A stretch of 64,000 nt of DNA from Lama guanicoe (taxonomy: Eukaryota). Under the pieces are notes generated by a model. The model saw only the letters and a list, made by a program, of their open reading frames with translations. It was not told the origin of the DNA and ran no database searches. The translations under genes and the position numbers were made by a program. Below are positions 40,205 to 52,168 of the stretch, one piece after another; the first letter of the stretch is position 1; every line of letters starts with the position of its first letter. The stretch lies in the NCBI GenBank assembly GCA_013239625.1, contig MU054323.1, forward strand, positions 19,424,819-19,488,818, in the 5' to 3' direction.

Positions 40205-41300
40205 AGAAGATGAGAAGAAAATATTTGAAAAAAACATACGGGACACTTAACCAAAATACACAAAGAACTCATAACTCAACTATAAGAAATTGAACCAGGC
40301 AATTAAAAATTGGGCAAAAGGTTTGAGCAGACACCTCACCAAAGAAGATATACAGATGGTAAATAAGCAAGTGAAAAGCTGCTCCACATCACATGTCATT
40401 TAGGGAAATGCAAATGAAAGCAACAGTGAGATACTGCCACACAATATTAGATTGGCAAAAAATGTGAAACACTGACAATACCGAATGCTACTGGGGATAG
40501 GAGACAACAGGAGTTCTCATTCATTGCTGGTGGAAACACAAAATACTGCAACCACTTGGAAGATAGCTCAGCAGTTTCTTACAAAGTTAAACATAGTCTC
40601 ACCATACGATCCATCAATCACACTCCTTGGTATTTACCCAAATGAGTTGAAAGCTTATGTCCACATAAAGCCTGCACTTGAATATCTATAGCGGCTTTAT
40701 TCATAATTGCCAAAACTTGGAAACCACCAAGATGTCCTTCAGGATGTAAACGGGTAAATCAATTGTGGTGCATCTCGACAATGGAATATTACTCAGCACT
40801 AAAAAGAAATGTGCTATCAAGCCATGAAAAGACATGGAGGAAATTTAAATACATATTACTAAGCAAAAGAAGCCAATCTGAAAGGCTACATACTGTATGA
40901 TTCCAACTATATGACGCTGGAAAATGCAAAACTAAAGAAATAGTAAAAGGATTAGTTGGTTGCCAAGGATTAAGGGGGAGGTACAGATGAATAGGTGGAG
41001 CACAATGCACTTTTAGGCAGTGAAACTTTTCTGTATGAAATTACAATGGTGGGCACATCACTATATATTTGTCAAAATGCATAGACCGTACAACACTGAG
41101 CATGAACCCTAATGCAAACTGGGAACCTTGGGTGAAGATGATGTGTCAGTGGATGGTCAGCAATTTTAACAAATGCACCGCTCTGGTGGGCATGTTAACA
41201 ATGGGAAGCCATGCATGTGTTGGGGGGGGCATAAGAGAAATCTGTGTACTTTCTGCTCAATTTTGCTGTTAAAGCTGCTTTAAAATATAAATTCTATTAA
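40205..41300 (+). mobile_element. L1MC1-like ORF2 end and 3'UTR
   Basis: 'agacacctcaccaaagaagatatacagatgg', 'catggaggaaatttaaatacatattactaag...gccaatctgaaaggctacatactgtatgattccaactatatgac'; same family as 24448-25008. Confidence 0.9.
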
Positions 41301-41575
41301 TAGGCTCATGGACATAGAAAACAAACTGTGGTTACCAGAGTAGGGAAGGAGAGGGGAGGGATAGATTAATAGATACACACTACTATATATAAAATGGATG
41401 AACAATAGGACCTACTGTATAGCACAGGGAACTACATCAATTTCTCATAATGAGCCATGATGGAAAAGAAACTGCAAATATATATATAACTGAAATATAT
41501 ACATAACACTGAATCACTTTTCTGTACATCAGAAACTAACATTGCAAGTTGCCTGCACTTCAATAAAAAAACAAG
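41301..41575 (+). mobile_element. Cetartiodactyl-type L1 3' end inserted at the tail of the L1MC1
   Basis: 'gacatagaaaacaaactgtggttacc...ggacctactgtatagcacagggaactac...cttcaataaaaaaa'. Confidence 0.85.
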
Positions 41576-41624
41576 AATTTTAAAAAATGGTTATATGATG
41601 GGAAAATAAAATTTCACTGAAAGC

Positions 41625-41795
41625 AAAGGAAAACGATAAAGAAAGAAAAGAAAGAAAGAAAAGAAAGAAAGAAAAAGAAAGGAAGGAAGGAAAGGAGGGA
41701 AGGAAAGGAGGGAAGGAAGAAAAAGAAAGAAAGGAAAGAAGGAAGAAAAGGAAGAAAGAAAAGTTAGTTCTATTAAAAACAAAGAAAAAGGAAAA
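41625..41795. repeat. Compound (GAAA)/(GGAA) purine microsatellite
   Basis: Seen directly; unbroken purines from ~41638 to ~41763. Confidence 0.95.
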
Positions 41796-41809
41796 GCACT
41801 TTTTTTGAC

Positions 41810-42035
41810 CTTCACACTTCAAAGTCTGTACGGTCACTGTAAGTATTGCCTAGAGCTAGCTGGTGCAAATTCATGGGTTCCACCTCAGATCTACTGTACT
41901 GTAATGGGCATTCCATCCTGCAAGTGATTCTAATGCTTACAAAATTTTGAGAAGGGCTCTCCTAGAGCAGTACTTCACAGATTTTACTGTGCAAGAATGA
42001 CCACGTAGCTAATGAAAATTCAGTAAATCAGATTC
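41810..42035. mobile_element. MER5-family fragments
   Basis: 'gcaaattcatgggttccacctcagatctactg...caagtgattctaatgc...ttttgagaagggct..ctagagcagtacttc'. Confidence 0.55.
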
Positions 42036-42655
42036 TCTTCCTGCTCTATTTTCTCTCCTCCTGCGCCCTACTCCCCAACACAGATACCCTCTAATAATGC
42101 CTCAAGTGTGATGCATCAATGGAAGAGGAAAGAAAGCTGTCCGCCTTGGATGCAGGCAATAAGCGAGTTATCTGTAAGGAATTTAAAAACAATCACAAGC
42201 CCAACTAAAATTGGTTTGCTTTCTTTTAATCACATGTGTCATCAATCCCAAACATTATCAGGGATAAAACGCTCCTCCCCACAAGAGCCCGTGTCACCAC
42301 CAACACTACTCAACACACTCTCCCCGTCATATCTCCCTTCTGCAATCAAAAACAGATTTCTCCTTGTACCAGAGTAAATCCCTTACCTTTCCCTTCCCCA
42401 TGTTCTCAATAGCACTGCAAAGAAACCTTAAGAAAGTTGCTAACATTGTGTACTTGCCTGGGTAAGTCAGGAAATCTCAGTTCTAACCAGAGCCTCTGAA
42501 ACCAGCAATTATGTAAACTGTGTGGAACTAAAGGAGAGGGAGGAAGGTGGGAAGGCAGAAAACAAGGAGAAAGTTCCATAAAGACTTAGACTGATGCACA
42601 GATGTACCACACGTAAAGGACCAAGTGACCAATCCCCTTTCCAAGAAAAGATGGC

Positions 42656-42815
42656 CCAATATTTCTCAAAGTGTGGCTCCTCACCAGCATCACATGCAGA
42701 TTTCTTGGCCCCACCTAGATTTGCTGAATCTGAATCAGTAATTATGAGGTAGAAAAATCTGCATGATTAACAAGCAGCTCAGAAGAGTCACATGCCCAAA
42801 AGTGCAAAACACTGA
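42656..42815. mobile_element. MER5A-like MITE
   Basis: 'tttctcaaagtgtgg..ccagcatcac..atgcagatttcttggccccacc...aaatctgcatgattaacaagc'. Confidence 0.7.
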
Positions 42816-42983
42816 TTTAGAGAAAAGCTGAATTCCAGGAAGTCTTGTGATGCCAAGACATAGTTCTCTTCTCAATCACCTGGAAAAGCACAGGTTGAGT
42901 CCTTGATGGAATGAGAAAGAAGCTCCAGCTGCCCTGCATGGGACTCAACACACCAGTGTCCTTCCCAGGACTGAAGGATGCAG

Positions 42984-43405
42984 GAGGACTCGAGCCGGGA
43001 TGACAGCCTCTCAGACCGCTCTGAGGGACTGCTCCAAGGGACTGCTCCGAAGAGGTAGGGGAGGAGCTAGGATGTATAGGAGCTTTACAACAAAGGCCAG
43101 GTAGTTGGAACATTAAAAGGTTGTTATCAAAAACCAGGCAAGTTAAAGACTTCAGTGCTTTTCTTTGCATGAGAGAGAGCAAACATTTGGGCTCATTGAA
43201 TTCATTCCTTTGACAAGCACCTAGCTATCTAGGGCCAGGGTTCTGTCCTTTCTTATTCTGAGTCCCCTCAGGATGCACCACTGTGAGTGGCTGCAGAGGC
43301 TGGGCTGCAGACTTGTCAGCACTGGGGGGTGGCGGCAGCTGCCGATGACTTGATGGCTTCAGCATTCTTTGTTTACTGATATGGTTGCAGTATTTTTCCT
43401 TCACA
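42984..43405 (-). mobile_element. ERV1-type LTR, copy A (3'-truncated)
   Basis: Its reverse complement starts TGTGAAGGAAAAATACTGC and aligns to the LTRs at 44622 and 57826; it lacks the last ~60 bp; internal 13-bp-period duplication at 43024-43048. Confidence 0.92.
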
Positions 43406-43929
43406 AGGGGAAGGCGTCATATCCTTCAAGGAGAACTTACTGAACTGCTGAGCCCCAATCAGCTTACATGAGAGTCAGTCCTAGGAACTGGCTGCTCCGT
43501 CTCCTGCAATGAAGTCTCTGAAGATGTTACTGATTTAGAAAATGTATCCTCTTCATAAGACTCAGAGGAGCCATTTCTTTCTTGTGTTGTAAATAGTGGT
43601 CCATCTTCTGAACAATTAGATGGTTTTTATCTTTGGAGTAAATAAATTGCCTGGCTAATTAGATTTCCTTCTGTACATTGACCAGTAGAACACCGAGAGC
43701 CTTTCTGAGGCTTATGTCCACCAAATGTCTAGGATTTAATAGTGAGCATTTCTGAGTTAGTTTCAGTTCTGACTACTCTTTTTATGATCCTGCTCTTTTT
43801 TCCACTTGCCTTTTTCACCTGCTCCCAAGTTGTTATCTTTCTTTCTTTTACGTATTCTTGTAAACCACTTTAAAATGCTTTCTGAAACAGCGTGTTCTAG
43901 GTGAACAGATGGGTAGATAGACAAATCAT

Positions 43930-44020
43930 TATGGACCTCATTTTCCTTGGTTATAAAATCAGGGACTCAGACTCGGTGATCACCAATGTATCTTCCAAGT
44001 CTAAAGCCCAAAATTCTACC
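43930..44020 (+). mobile_element. MIR3-like fragment
   Basis: 'ggacctcattttccttggttataaaatcaggga...tgatcaccaatgtatcttccaagtctaaa'. Confidence 0.5.
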
Positions 44021-44429
44021 GTAAGTTTTGATACCACAATGAACTCTTTTTTAAATATAACATATTTCTGATGTGTTACTGCAACACTTTTCTAACCAAG
44101 CGCTTAGTCATAAAAGTGAGAGATATCAATTTCAACAAGTATTTCAGACCGACAAAATGTAACTGCTTTTCACTTCATCTGACTTTAAGATAGTGTTTTA
44201 TGACTTTAGGAAACCAATAGAAAAAAATTAAAATTACAGTGTCAGTAAAAACAAAACAAAAAACTTCATCTAAATATTTAATCATCTTTGTTTATTCCAC
44301 AATCTCCCACCCATTTTTTTTAAAAATCTGGTTCCATCTTTTCCTTCTTCCAGTACATGGAAACACAAAATGTAGTTTTTTGAAGAAATCAATTACAAAG
44401 TTTTAATTTTTCAAATGTAACAACACCAA

Positions 44430-44517
44430 ACAATGTATTCACACTGAACTGCACCCTTACAATGTTTCAAAGGTGCCTATTATGATATATATATTTTACC
44501 ACAAAATTTTAAAAAAT
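44430..44517 (+). mobile_element. L1MB-like extreme 3' tail
   Basis: 'cactgaactgcacccttacaatgtttcaaagg...tatattttaccacaaaattttaaaaaa'. Confidence 0.65.
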
Positions 44518-44621
44518 ACAAGGTAAAAATATCAGTCATAACAGGTTGCTGCCTTTAATCCTGATCCTGTGTATTAATACTTTTGTACTATTCCTCTCTT
44601 TGTATATGTATGAAATTGTAT

Positions 44622-45107
44622 TGTGAATGAAAAATATTGCAAGCCGTATCAGTAAACAGAGAATGCTGGAACCATCAAGTCCTCAGCGGCTGCCGCCACC
44701 CCCCAGTGCAGACAAGCCTGCACCCGGCCTCTGCAGCCACTCACAATGGTGCCCTCTGAGGGGACTCAGAATAAGAAAGGACAGGATACTGGCCCTAGAT
44801 AGCTAGGTGCTTGTCAAAGGAATGAATTCAGTAAGCCCAAATGTTTGCTTCCTCCCATACACAGAAAAGCACTAAATTCTTTTACTTGAGATGCCTTGTT
44901 TTCTTTAGATAACAAGTAACGTTTTATTGTTCCAACTACCTGGTCTTTGTTGTAAAGCTCCTATACATCCTAGCTCCTCCCCTACCTCTTCGGAGCAGCC
45001 CCTCACAGCGATCTGAGAGGCTGTCATCCCAGGCTGAGTCCTCAGAATTGTCCACCGAATAAAACATAACTTTCAGCTTCTAGGTTGTGCATTTATTTCA
45101 GCTGACA
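44622..45107 (+). mobile_element. ERV1-type solo LTR, copy B (complete; flanks do not form a TSD)
   Basis: TGTGAA...GCTGACA termini; AATAAA 45058-45063; flanks GTAT and CCCC. Confidence 0.92.
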
Positions 45108-46779
45108 CCCCAAAACACTTTTGTGATACTTCCAATAGAGCACCACCCCTACCTAAATAGCATAGTAGTATATTTTCAGCCCCATTGTCCAAATGTAACA
45201 TCTAATCCTATTCCCTAAACATAGGTCTTCTTTGTTTTACCAAAAAAAAAAAAATCTAGGACACATAAATGTATGTAGGGATAAAGATGTAGCTAGAGAT
45301 TGAAATAGATATAGATCTAGAGATAACTGTTTCGCCAGATTGAAAATCTGCATTTAGTATGGACAAGAAGCGATGAAAAGAAAATTCCAAAAGGGGAGAG
45401 TAGGAAAGAATTTAACCTGATCCTTATCAAAACCTTTTGTGTTTTGCAAGGTGTTTGAAATAGAAGGTCTCATTGAATTCTGATCCTCCAGCACATTAGC
45501 ATTTGAGACAAGGACTGGCACATCTCTGTCTTACCGTCTTCCTACCTACGTAAGTATCATCATCCTAGCTCTAATGATGGCTCCAAAATGTTACTTCAAA
45601 ATATGACACCTGAACCTTCCCTATAACATAGCGAGAAACCAGCACAGCACAGCCTCATCACCTGCATCCTGCTGACATTAAAGAGCGAATGTACCTCCAG
45701 ATCCACACACCATGCCTGTCTCTGAGGCACTTGTTTCTTCAGGCATGTATGTCAACAGAAAGTACCACCCTGGCCCAGGCAAGCACCTTCTCTAATGGCC
45801 AAAAAAGAACGAGCCCTTTCTGCACCCATAACAAAGCCTAGACTAATAGAATACTTTGGAAAGCCATCGAACTCTGGTCTCCTAGTCTACAGCACGGTAA
45901 ATTCAAGGCTAATGTGTAGCTCTGCAGACTTGACCTTAGTCCAGCCCAAAAGGCTTGTGCGTAAGTGCATGAGGTAGACAGAGGCTCCTTCTAGGGAGTC
46001 AGCCACACAAGGGACCCTCTACACACATTACCAACCCTTTCCTTGGCCTTTTGCCTCTCGTGGTTGAATCCTCATATGCTACCATTGGTCAAAAGTCCCC
46101 GGCCTCATTCTATGCCTGGGTTCTCCTACTAGCCCAGATTCAAGATGTAAAAAATGTCACTTTTTCATACTCTTAACCTACACTTTGAATAAATGTAACT
46201 GGCTGTCAAGATTTTACTTTATCAAGTTTCACTGTTAGAGCCTCCATTTCTTATAACTTCTTGTTATTAAAAGACCTTATATTAAAGCAAAAAATAAAGG
46301 GCAATAATAAACAGATTTTAAAAATATAAAGTCTATAAGAACAGCCTCTTTTAAAATCCTTTTAAAGTCTGTTATTAAAATAATCTTGAATCAACAGGGT
46401 TTAATCTGCCAGCATGGTAACAATTAAAAGTTGTTACAAATAGGAAAATGGAGCAAGTCACATTGTTACAAATATTTTTCATTGCCCTTTTAAAGATGTG
46501 TGACAGTCAAGGTTGAACACAGTAATTTAATGCCTTTTAAACTGTCACCTAAGTATCATGTTCCTTTTCAAATTACAACCTTAGTCCTAATGAGTCATAA
46601 ATTCATTACTGTTAAACTCAAGACTGATTCCAGGTTAAAGAGTACCACATACTTGGTTTACATTTTATTCTGCCCTATCAAATTGCTTTTGCTATGTTCT
46701 TTTAGGTTTCTAAAAGTGTGTCTTTCACTGAATACATAGTAATTTTATATAGTTAGAAAACGGAGGCATTTTTTTTAAA

Positions 46780-46895
46780 CTAAAAATGTAAGTTTTATTT
46801 CAGAATGGGCAGACTTCATCTTATTCATCTTTATAAGACTGATGCTTACTATAGTGTCTGGCATATGGCTGGCATCTAATAAATACTGATTAAAT
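46780..46895 (+). mobile_element. L2 3' end
   Basis: 'catcttattcatctttata...tagtgtctggcatatggctggcatctaataaatactg'. Confidence 0.65.
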
Positions 46896-46899
46896 TCAG

Positions 46900-46955
46900 A
46901 AAAATTAATTTTTTATGCAACTAATGCAAAAAAATTAATTTTTTATGCAACTAAT
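46900..46955. repeat. Perfect 26-bp direct duplication, period 30
   Basis: AAAAATTAATTTTTTATGCAACTAAT at 46900-46925 and 46930-46955. Confidence 0.95.
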
Positions 46956-49820
46956 TCCTCCATCTATCTAAGCGGAAGTATTGTAGTCAGGACACTAATC
47001 TCTAGTCTTGCCTACAGAGACATGAAGCTTCTAAGAGGACTGTTTGCTTTTGCTTGTTTGTTTTTTCAGGCTTGCTGGCTTATTTGTATTTTTAAGATGA
47101 TATATTTCTTCAATTTTAAGTTTTCGCAGATTATAAAGGAAACAGTTTTAAAATAGCTTTGCAGGAGAAAAAAAGAAAAAAGAAAAAGAAAAAGAAATGA
47201 CCAAAGTGAATGCAAACATCAATTTTATGATGCTTCCCAATCTTATATATGTTAGAATATAAAAGTTTAATGTCTTAGAACCAAGTAGACAGAGTATAAT
47301 GGCAGTGATTTGTCTTGTTATTATGACCTGTCTTTGTTCTATTTTCTAGCCCATCAAATGAACGTAGTTTAGGCTGTGTACTGTGAGGAGGTATGGTGGG
47401 TTGTGTACCACGATGCTCTTTGGGAGAAATCCATGGGCAATCTTAGACAGGGGCTATGTCTCTCCATCACTTTTTGTTCAGTGTCTCTTATACTGTGGAT
47501 TCCTAACAAAGAGGGAATAGCAAATATCTCATGTCACAAGGGAACGAGTAATAACTTCTACCAAGCATAGGTACCAACAGTACCTTAAAAGAAAGAACTT
47601 TGGAAAGTGTATACTGAAATTTACATAATGGAAGTGTTTTCGTCTAAGTAAGTAATTATGAGAGAATTATTTAATATTTAAATTGTTCAGATTGTTCCTT
47701 TCCTACAACCTACTCTGAATGATTCTACTTTGAAAACTTGAAAGGTTCAAATAATTATCAGGTTTACAAAGGCAGGTAAAAATACCCTGTGAGCATAATC
47801 AGAAGAAATGGAGAGAAAAAAAGGAGGAGGAGGAGGAGAAGACAGAGTCAAAGGTAAAAGATGGGCAAAAAAAGTTCTTGGAAACTCTTGAACATTCTAT
47901 TCTAAATCACCAGTTGTTACTTGCCCAATGCAAAATTCCTGCTCCGAATTTATGTCTTGAATTTTTAAAGCCCTGATATTAATATCTTAACAGGGCACAC
48001 ACAACAAAGCACAGAAATTCTGTCATTGAGTCTCCTAAACAAGATGCTTGATGATTATGCCCAGAATTCAACTTTCAATTCTTCCCTGTTGTTTAGCATG
48101 TTTCTGAATTGTTTCTCCCTAAGAGTTTTCATATACCCAGGAAGTACAAGCTGTTCTTGATTCTCTTCTAAGCAAATCAAGGAGGAAGATAAGTAAGATC
48201 ATGTAAATAAAATATTTTAATGTATTCCAAATTGTCAATAAATGATACAAGGCTGTCACTATTCTTATTTGTGAACGTGAACAAACAAAAGTTAATTATA
48301 CAGCAGTCGGAAAGAATAGATATATTTTTTAATTCCCATGATCTATTTATTTTACACCATTCTTTATATTTCAAAGTAATCAATTAAAATGATTTTGTTT
48401 GTAGAAATAATGTTTGTAGTGAGAAATAATTCTCAAATGCTTACCTTCTCTAAATAGAGAGCAACTAAGTTTAAATAATGATCATAGTCCCATTAGGACA
48501 GTTCCTAATTTTTTATCCCAGTTAATGATTATCGTAATACAAAGGCAATGGTTTTCATAAACAGAGCTCTGATTTAGAAAAATACTCAATGTACCAATGG
48601 AGAAATTACATATTCATGTTAGTATAAACTATCTGACGATCATTTAATTTATTCCCCAGGTTTCTATGTAAATGATGTGAAACAACTTACAGTTAGTGCT
48701 ATTCTTAAAATTATTCAGTGGAGATTTTGCTTTCTTAAACAATAATTAGTCCTAGTTTCTGAAAATTCTTAAAGTAATTCCTACCCCTGGCTAATCTAAA
48801 TCCCTTCTGAAATGTTAATTCTGTTTTCTCTCTAGTGTCAAGAAAAGTCCAATTGGTAAAACTCTTTGAAAATGTATTTATCTTCTTCAATATGCACCAA
48901 AAAGACTGTGTTAATATTGAGGAAGGAGCATATTTTTTTCTTAGCTTCTAAGTCATTAAAGCTATGGCATGTAATTATCTCTTCTCTATATCCCTGTGTG
49001 ATTCCATGAGTATGCAGATGTGAATACTTGCATACAGTGCTTACATCCTGATTTTGTTCATGGACTCTTTACTTGGAAAATCCTTTTCTGAGAACCTGAA
49101 TGCAGTTGTTGGGTCAGCTGGAAAAAAGCTACTAACATTACAGTTGGGTTTTGTCCTCAAATAAATCAAACAAGAGTTGGGAGGATTTAGAGAGAATCGT
49201 TCTCAGAATTGCTGCTCCTCCAGAATTATTCCCAGAATTTTTTAAAATTACATCCATAACTGAAAGAAGTTTGATCATGAAGCTATTTTTATCACCCAAA
49301 ATTAAAGACTATTTCAGAATTTCTTTGGAATTTGTAAGGCAGCTAATTCCTTAAGGTGAAGGGAAAACAACAACAACAACAAACCATCCAGAACTGAGCA
49401 CTGAAGAAAAAACTACCTGGGTTTGAGGCCAATTTGAGATTAGTAGAGTATAAAGGAGAAGATACAGTTTGTAATGCCAAATATGACATGAAAAAGAATA
49501 CCTGTATGTATTAGACACTTTGTTTGACTCAACAGGTTGCTTAAAAATGCTTTAAAGTTTGGGGATTTATTTAATAGTTACTTCAAGTTGTAGCAATTTT
49601 AAGAAAGCTGGCATAATATTTTTTATTGTAAGTTGTTTTTGTTTAATTTTTATTTTAAGTTTGCGCCAGTGAAAATGAGGAATTGGAATACCATGCCACC
49701 TCCATGATCCTAAACATTGACCATAGTAATAATCCCAATAAAGGGAAATTTAACTACTCAAATATAGAAATGGCAAGATAACTTACAGCTGAGAGATGGC
49801 CCTTCAGAACTATAATACAC

Positions 49821-50207
49821 CTTAAGATTCTGTTCTCTATTTCTGTAAAAATGTCATTGGGATTTTGATACGAATTGCATTGAATCGATAGATAACATCT
49901 TCCAGTCTAGGAACACGATTTGTCTTTTCATTTATTTGTGTCTTTTTAAATTTCTTTTATCAAATGTTTTGTAGATTTCAGCACACAAGACTTTCACCTC
50001 CTTGGTTGAGTTTATTCCTAAGCACTTTATTCCTTTTGATGCTATTGTTAAGTGGGAACTTTCTTAAGAAGGATCTCAGAGAGTTCATTGTCAGTGTACA
50101 GCAACACAACTGTGTTTTATGTATTGATTTTGTACCCATAACTTTACTGAATTCCTATATTCATTCCAGCACTTTTGTGTGCAGTCTTCAGGCTTTTGAA
50201 CACATAA
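49821..50207 (-). mobile_element. Inverted 5' segment of an L1MA-type element (ORF2)
   Basis: Antisense ORF2 'tctatttctgtaaaaatgtcattgggattttgatacgaattgcattgaatc'; contiguous in L1 coordinates with the plus-strand part that follows. Confidence 0.88.
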
Positions 50208-51721
50208 AGTCTAAAGTTCATATGGAACCACAGAGGACCTCAAACAGACAAAACAATCTTGAAAAAGAAAAACAAAGCTGAAGGCATCACAATTCCTGAT
50301 TTTAACATATATTACAAAGCTACAGTATTTAGAACAATATGGTACTGGCATAAATATAGACTTATTGACCATTAGCATAGAGAGTCCAGAAATAAACCCA
50401 TAAATATAGTCAACTGATCTTCAACAAGAGTTCCAAGAATATATATTTGGGAAAAGATAGTCTCTTAAACAAATGGTGTGGGGGAAACTGGATATCCATA
50501 TGCAAAAGAATGAAATTGGATCCTTATCTTACACCATATACATGAACCAACTCAAAATGGATTAAAGTCTTAAACATTGACCTGAAACTGTAAAAGTCCT
50601 AGAATAAAACATAGAGGAAAAGTTTCAGGACATTGGTCTTGGTGATGATTTCTTGGATATGACACCAAAAACACAGACAACAAAACAAAAAATAGACAAA
50701 TAGAGCTACATCAAACTGCAAAGCAAAGGAAACAATCAATACAATAAAAAAGCAATCTACAGAATTGGAGGAAATATTTGCCAACCATGTATCTGATAAG
50801 GAGTAAATATCTAAAATATAAAAGGAACTCCTACAACTCAATAGCAAAAAAACAAACAAACAAACAAAAAACCGCAAAGAACTAAATGAAAAAGCAAGCA
50901 AAGGACTTGAATAGACATTTCTCTAAAGAAGACATACATATGGTTAACACGTATGTGAAAAAATGCTTAACATCACTAATCACAAGAGAAATGCAAATCA
51001 AAACCACAAGAAGACATCGTCTAACACCTATTAGAATGGCTATTATTTAAAAAAAAAAAAAGCAAGTGTTGGCAAGGATGTGAAGAAGCTGGAACCCTTG
51101 TACACTATTGGTGGGCATGTTAAAGGGTTCAGCCACTCCAGAACACAGTTTGAAGATTCCTCAAGAAATTAAAAATAGAACTACTATAGGATCCATCACT
51201 ACTACTTTAAAAGAACTGAAGTCAGGATCCTGCAAAAAATATTTGAACTCCCATGTTCAACGCAACATTACTCGCAATAGCCACGATGTAGCAACAACCT
51301 AAATGTCCATTGATAGATGAATGGATACAGCAAAAGTGGTATATACACACAATAAAATATTACTCAGCCTTGAAAAAGAAGGAAATCCTGCCACATGCAA
51401 GAACATGGATGAACCCTGAAGACATTATACTAAGTGAAATAAGCCAGTCACAAAAGGATATGTATCGCAAGACTCTAATTGTATGAGGTATCTAAAATAA
51501 TCAAAATCATAGAAGCAGAGAGGAGAACTGTGGTTGCCAGGGGCTAGGGGAAGGGAAAAAGGGGGATTTGTTGGCCAGCAAGCATAAAGTTTCAGTTACA
51601 CAAGATGGATAAGTTCTGTACAACACAGTGCTCAGAGTCAGCAATGCTGCATTGTACACCTGAAAAGGTTTTAGGAGGCTAGATCTCACGTTAAGTGTTC
51701 TTACCACAATAAATTAAAAAA
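50208..51721 (+). mobile_element. L1MA8-like ORF2 3' part, 3'UTR and poly(A)
   Basis: 'ctaaagttcatatggaaccac' through 'gttaagtgttcttaccacaataaattaaaaaa'; probable TSD AGAACTATA (49806-49814)/AGAACTGTG (51722-51730). Confidence 0.9.
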
Positions 51722-51964
51722 AGAACTGTGTGAAGTAAAATCCATTCACAGCAAACTATACATGATAAGAGATAACGTGTGTCTACATATGTGTATATAT
51801 GTGTGTATACAGTGTCTACTTACACATCTTTCCATATATGTGTGTATACAGATGTCATGTATAGAAATGATCATTAATTAGTATTTTCTGCAAAATCACT
51901 TTAAAGCACTGACATCAGATATATGATTGGTGGCTCTTTATAAACATTTAGAGACATTATAAAA

Positions 51965-52168
51965 CAAGTCTATACCGTATAGCACAGGGAATCATATTCA
52001 ATATCTTGTAGCAGCTTATGGTGAAAAAGAATATGAAAATGAATATATGTATGTTTCTGTATGAATGAAGTATTGTGCTGTGCACCAAAAATTGACATAA
52101 CATTGTAAACTGATGATACTTCAATAGAAATATATTTTTAAAAAGATACTTTTGGAAAAAAAAAATAA
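51965..52168 (+). mobile_element. Young camelid-type L1 3' end with TSD
   Basis: 'gtatagcacaggga...tatggtgaaaaagaatatgaaaatgaatatatgtatg...aattgacataacattgtaaactga'; 15-bp TSD AGAGACATTATAAAA (51950-51964)/AGAGACATCATAAAA (52169-52183). Confidence 0.9.

Noticed and set aside
41580..41837. F/S/L-rich ORFs
   Set aside because: They are translations of the (GAAA)n microsatellite.
49964..51707. Several ORFs with L1-like peptides
   Set aside because: Broken L1 ORF2 frames and their antisense; not host genes.
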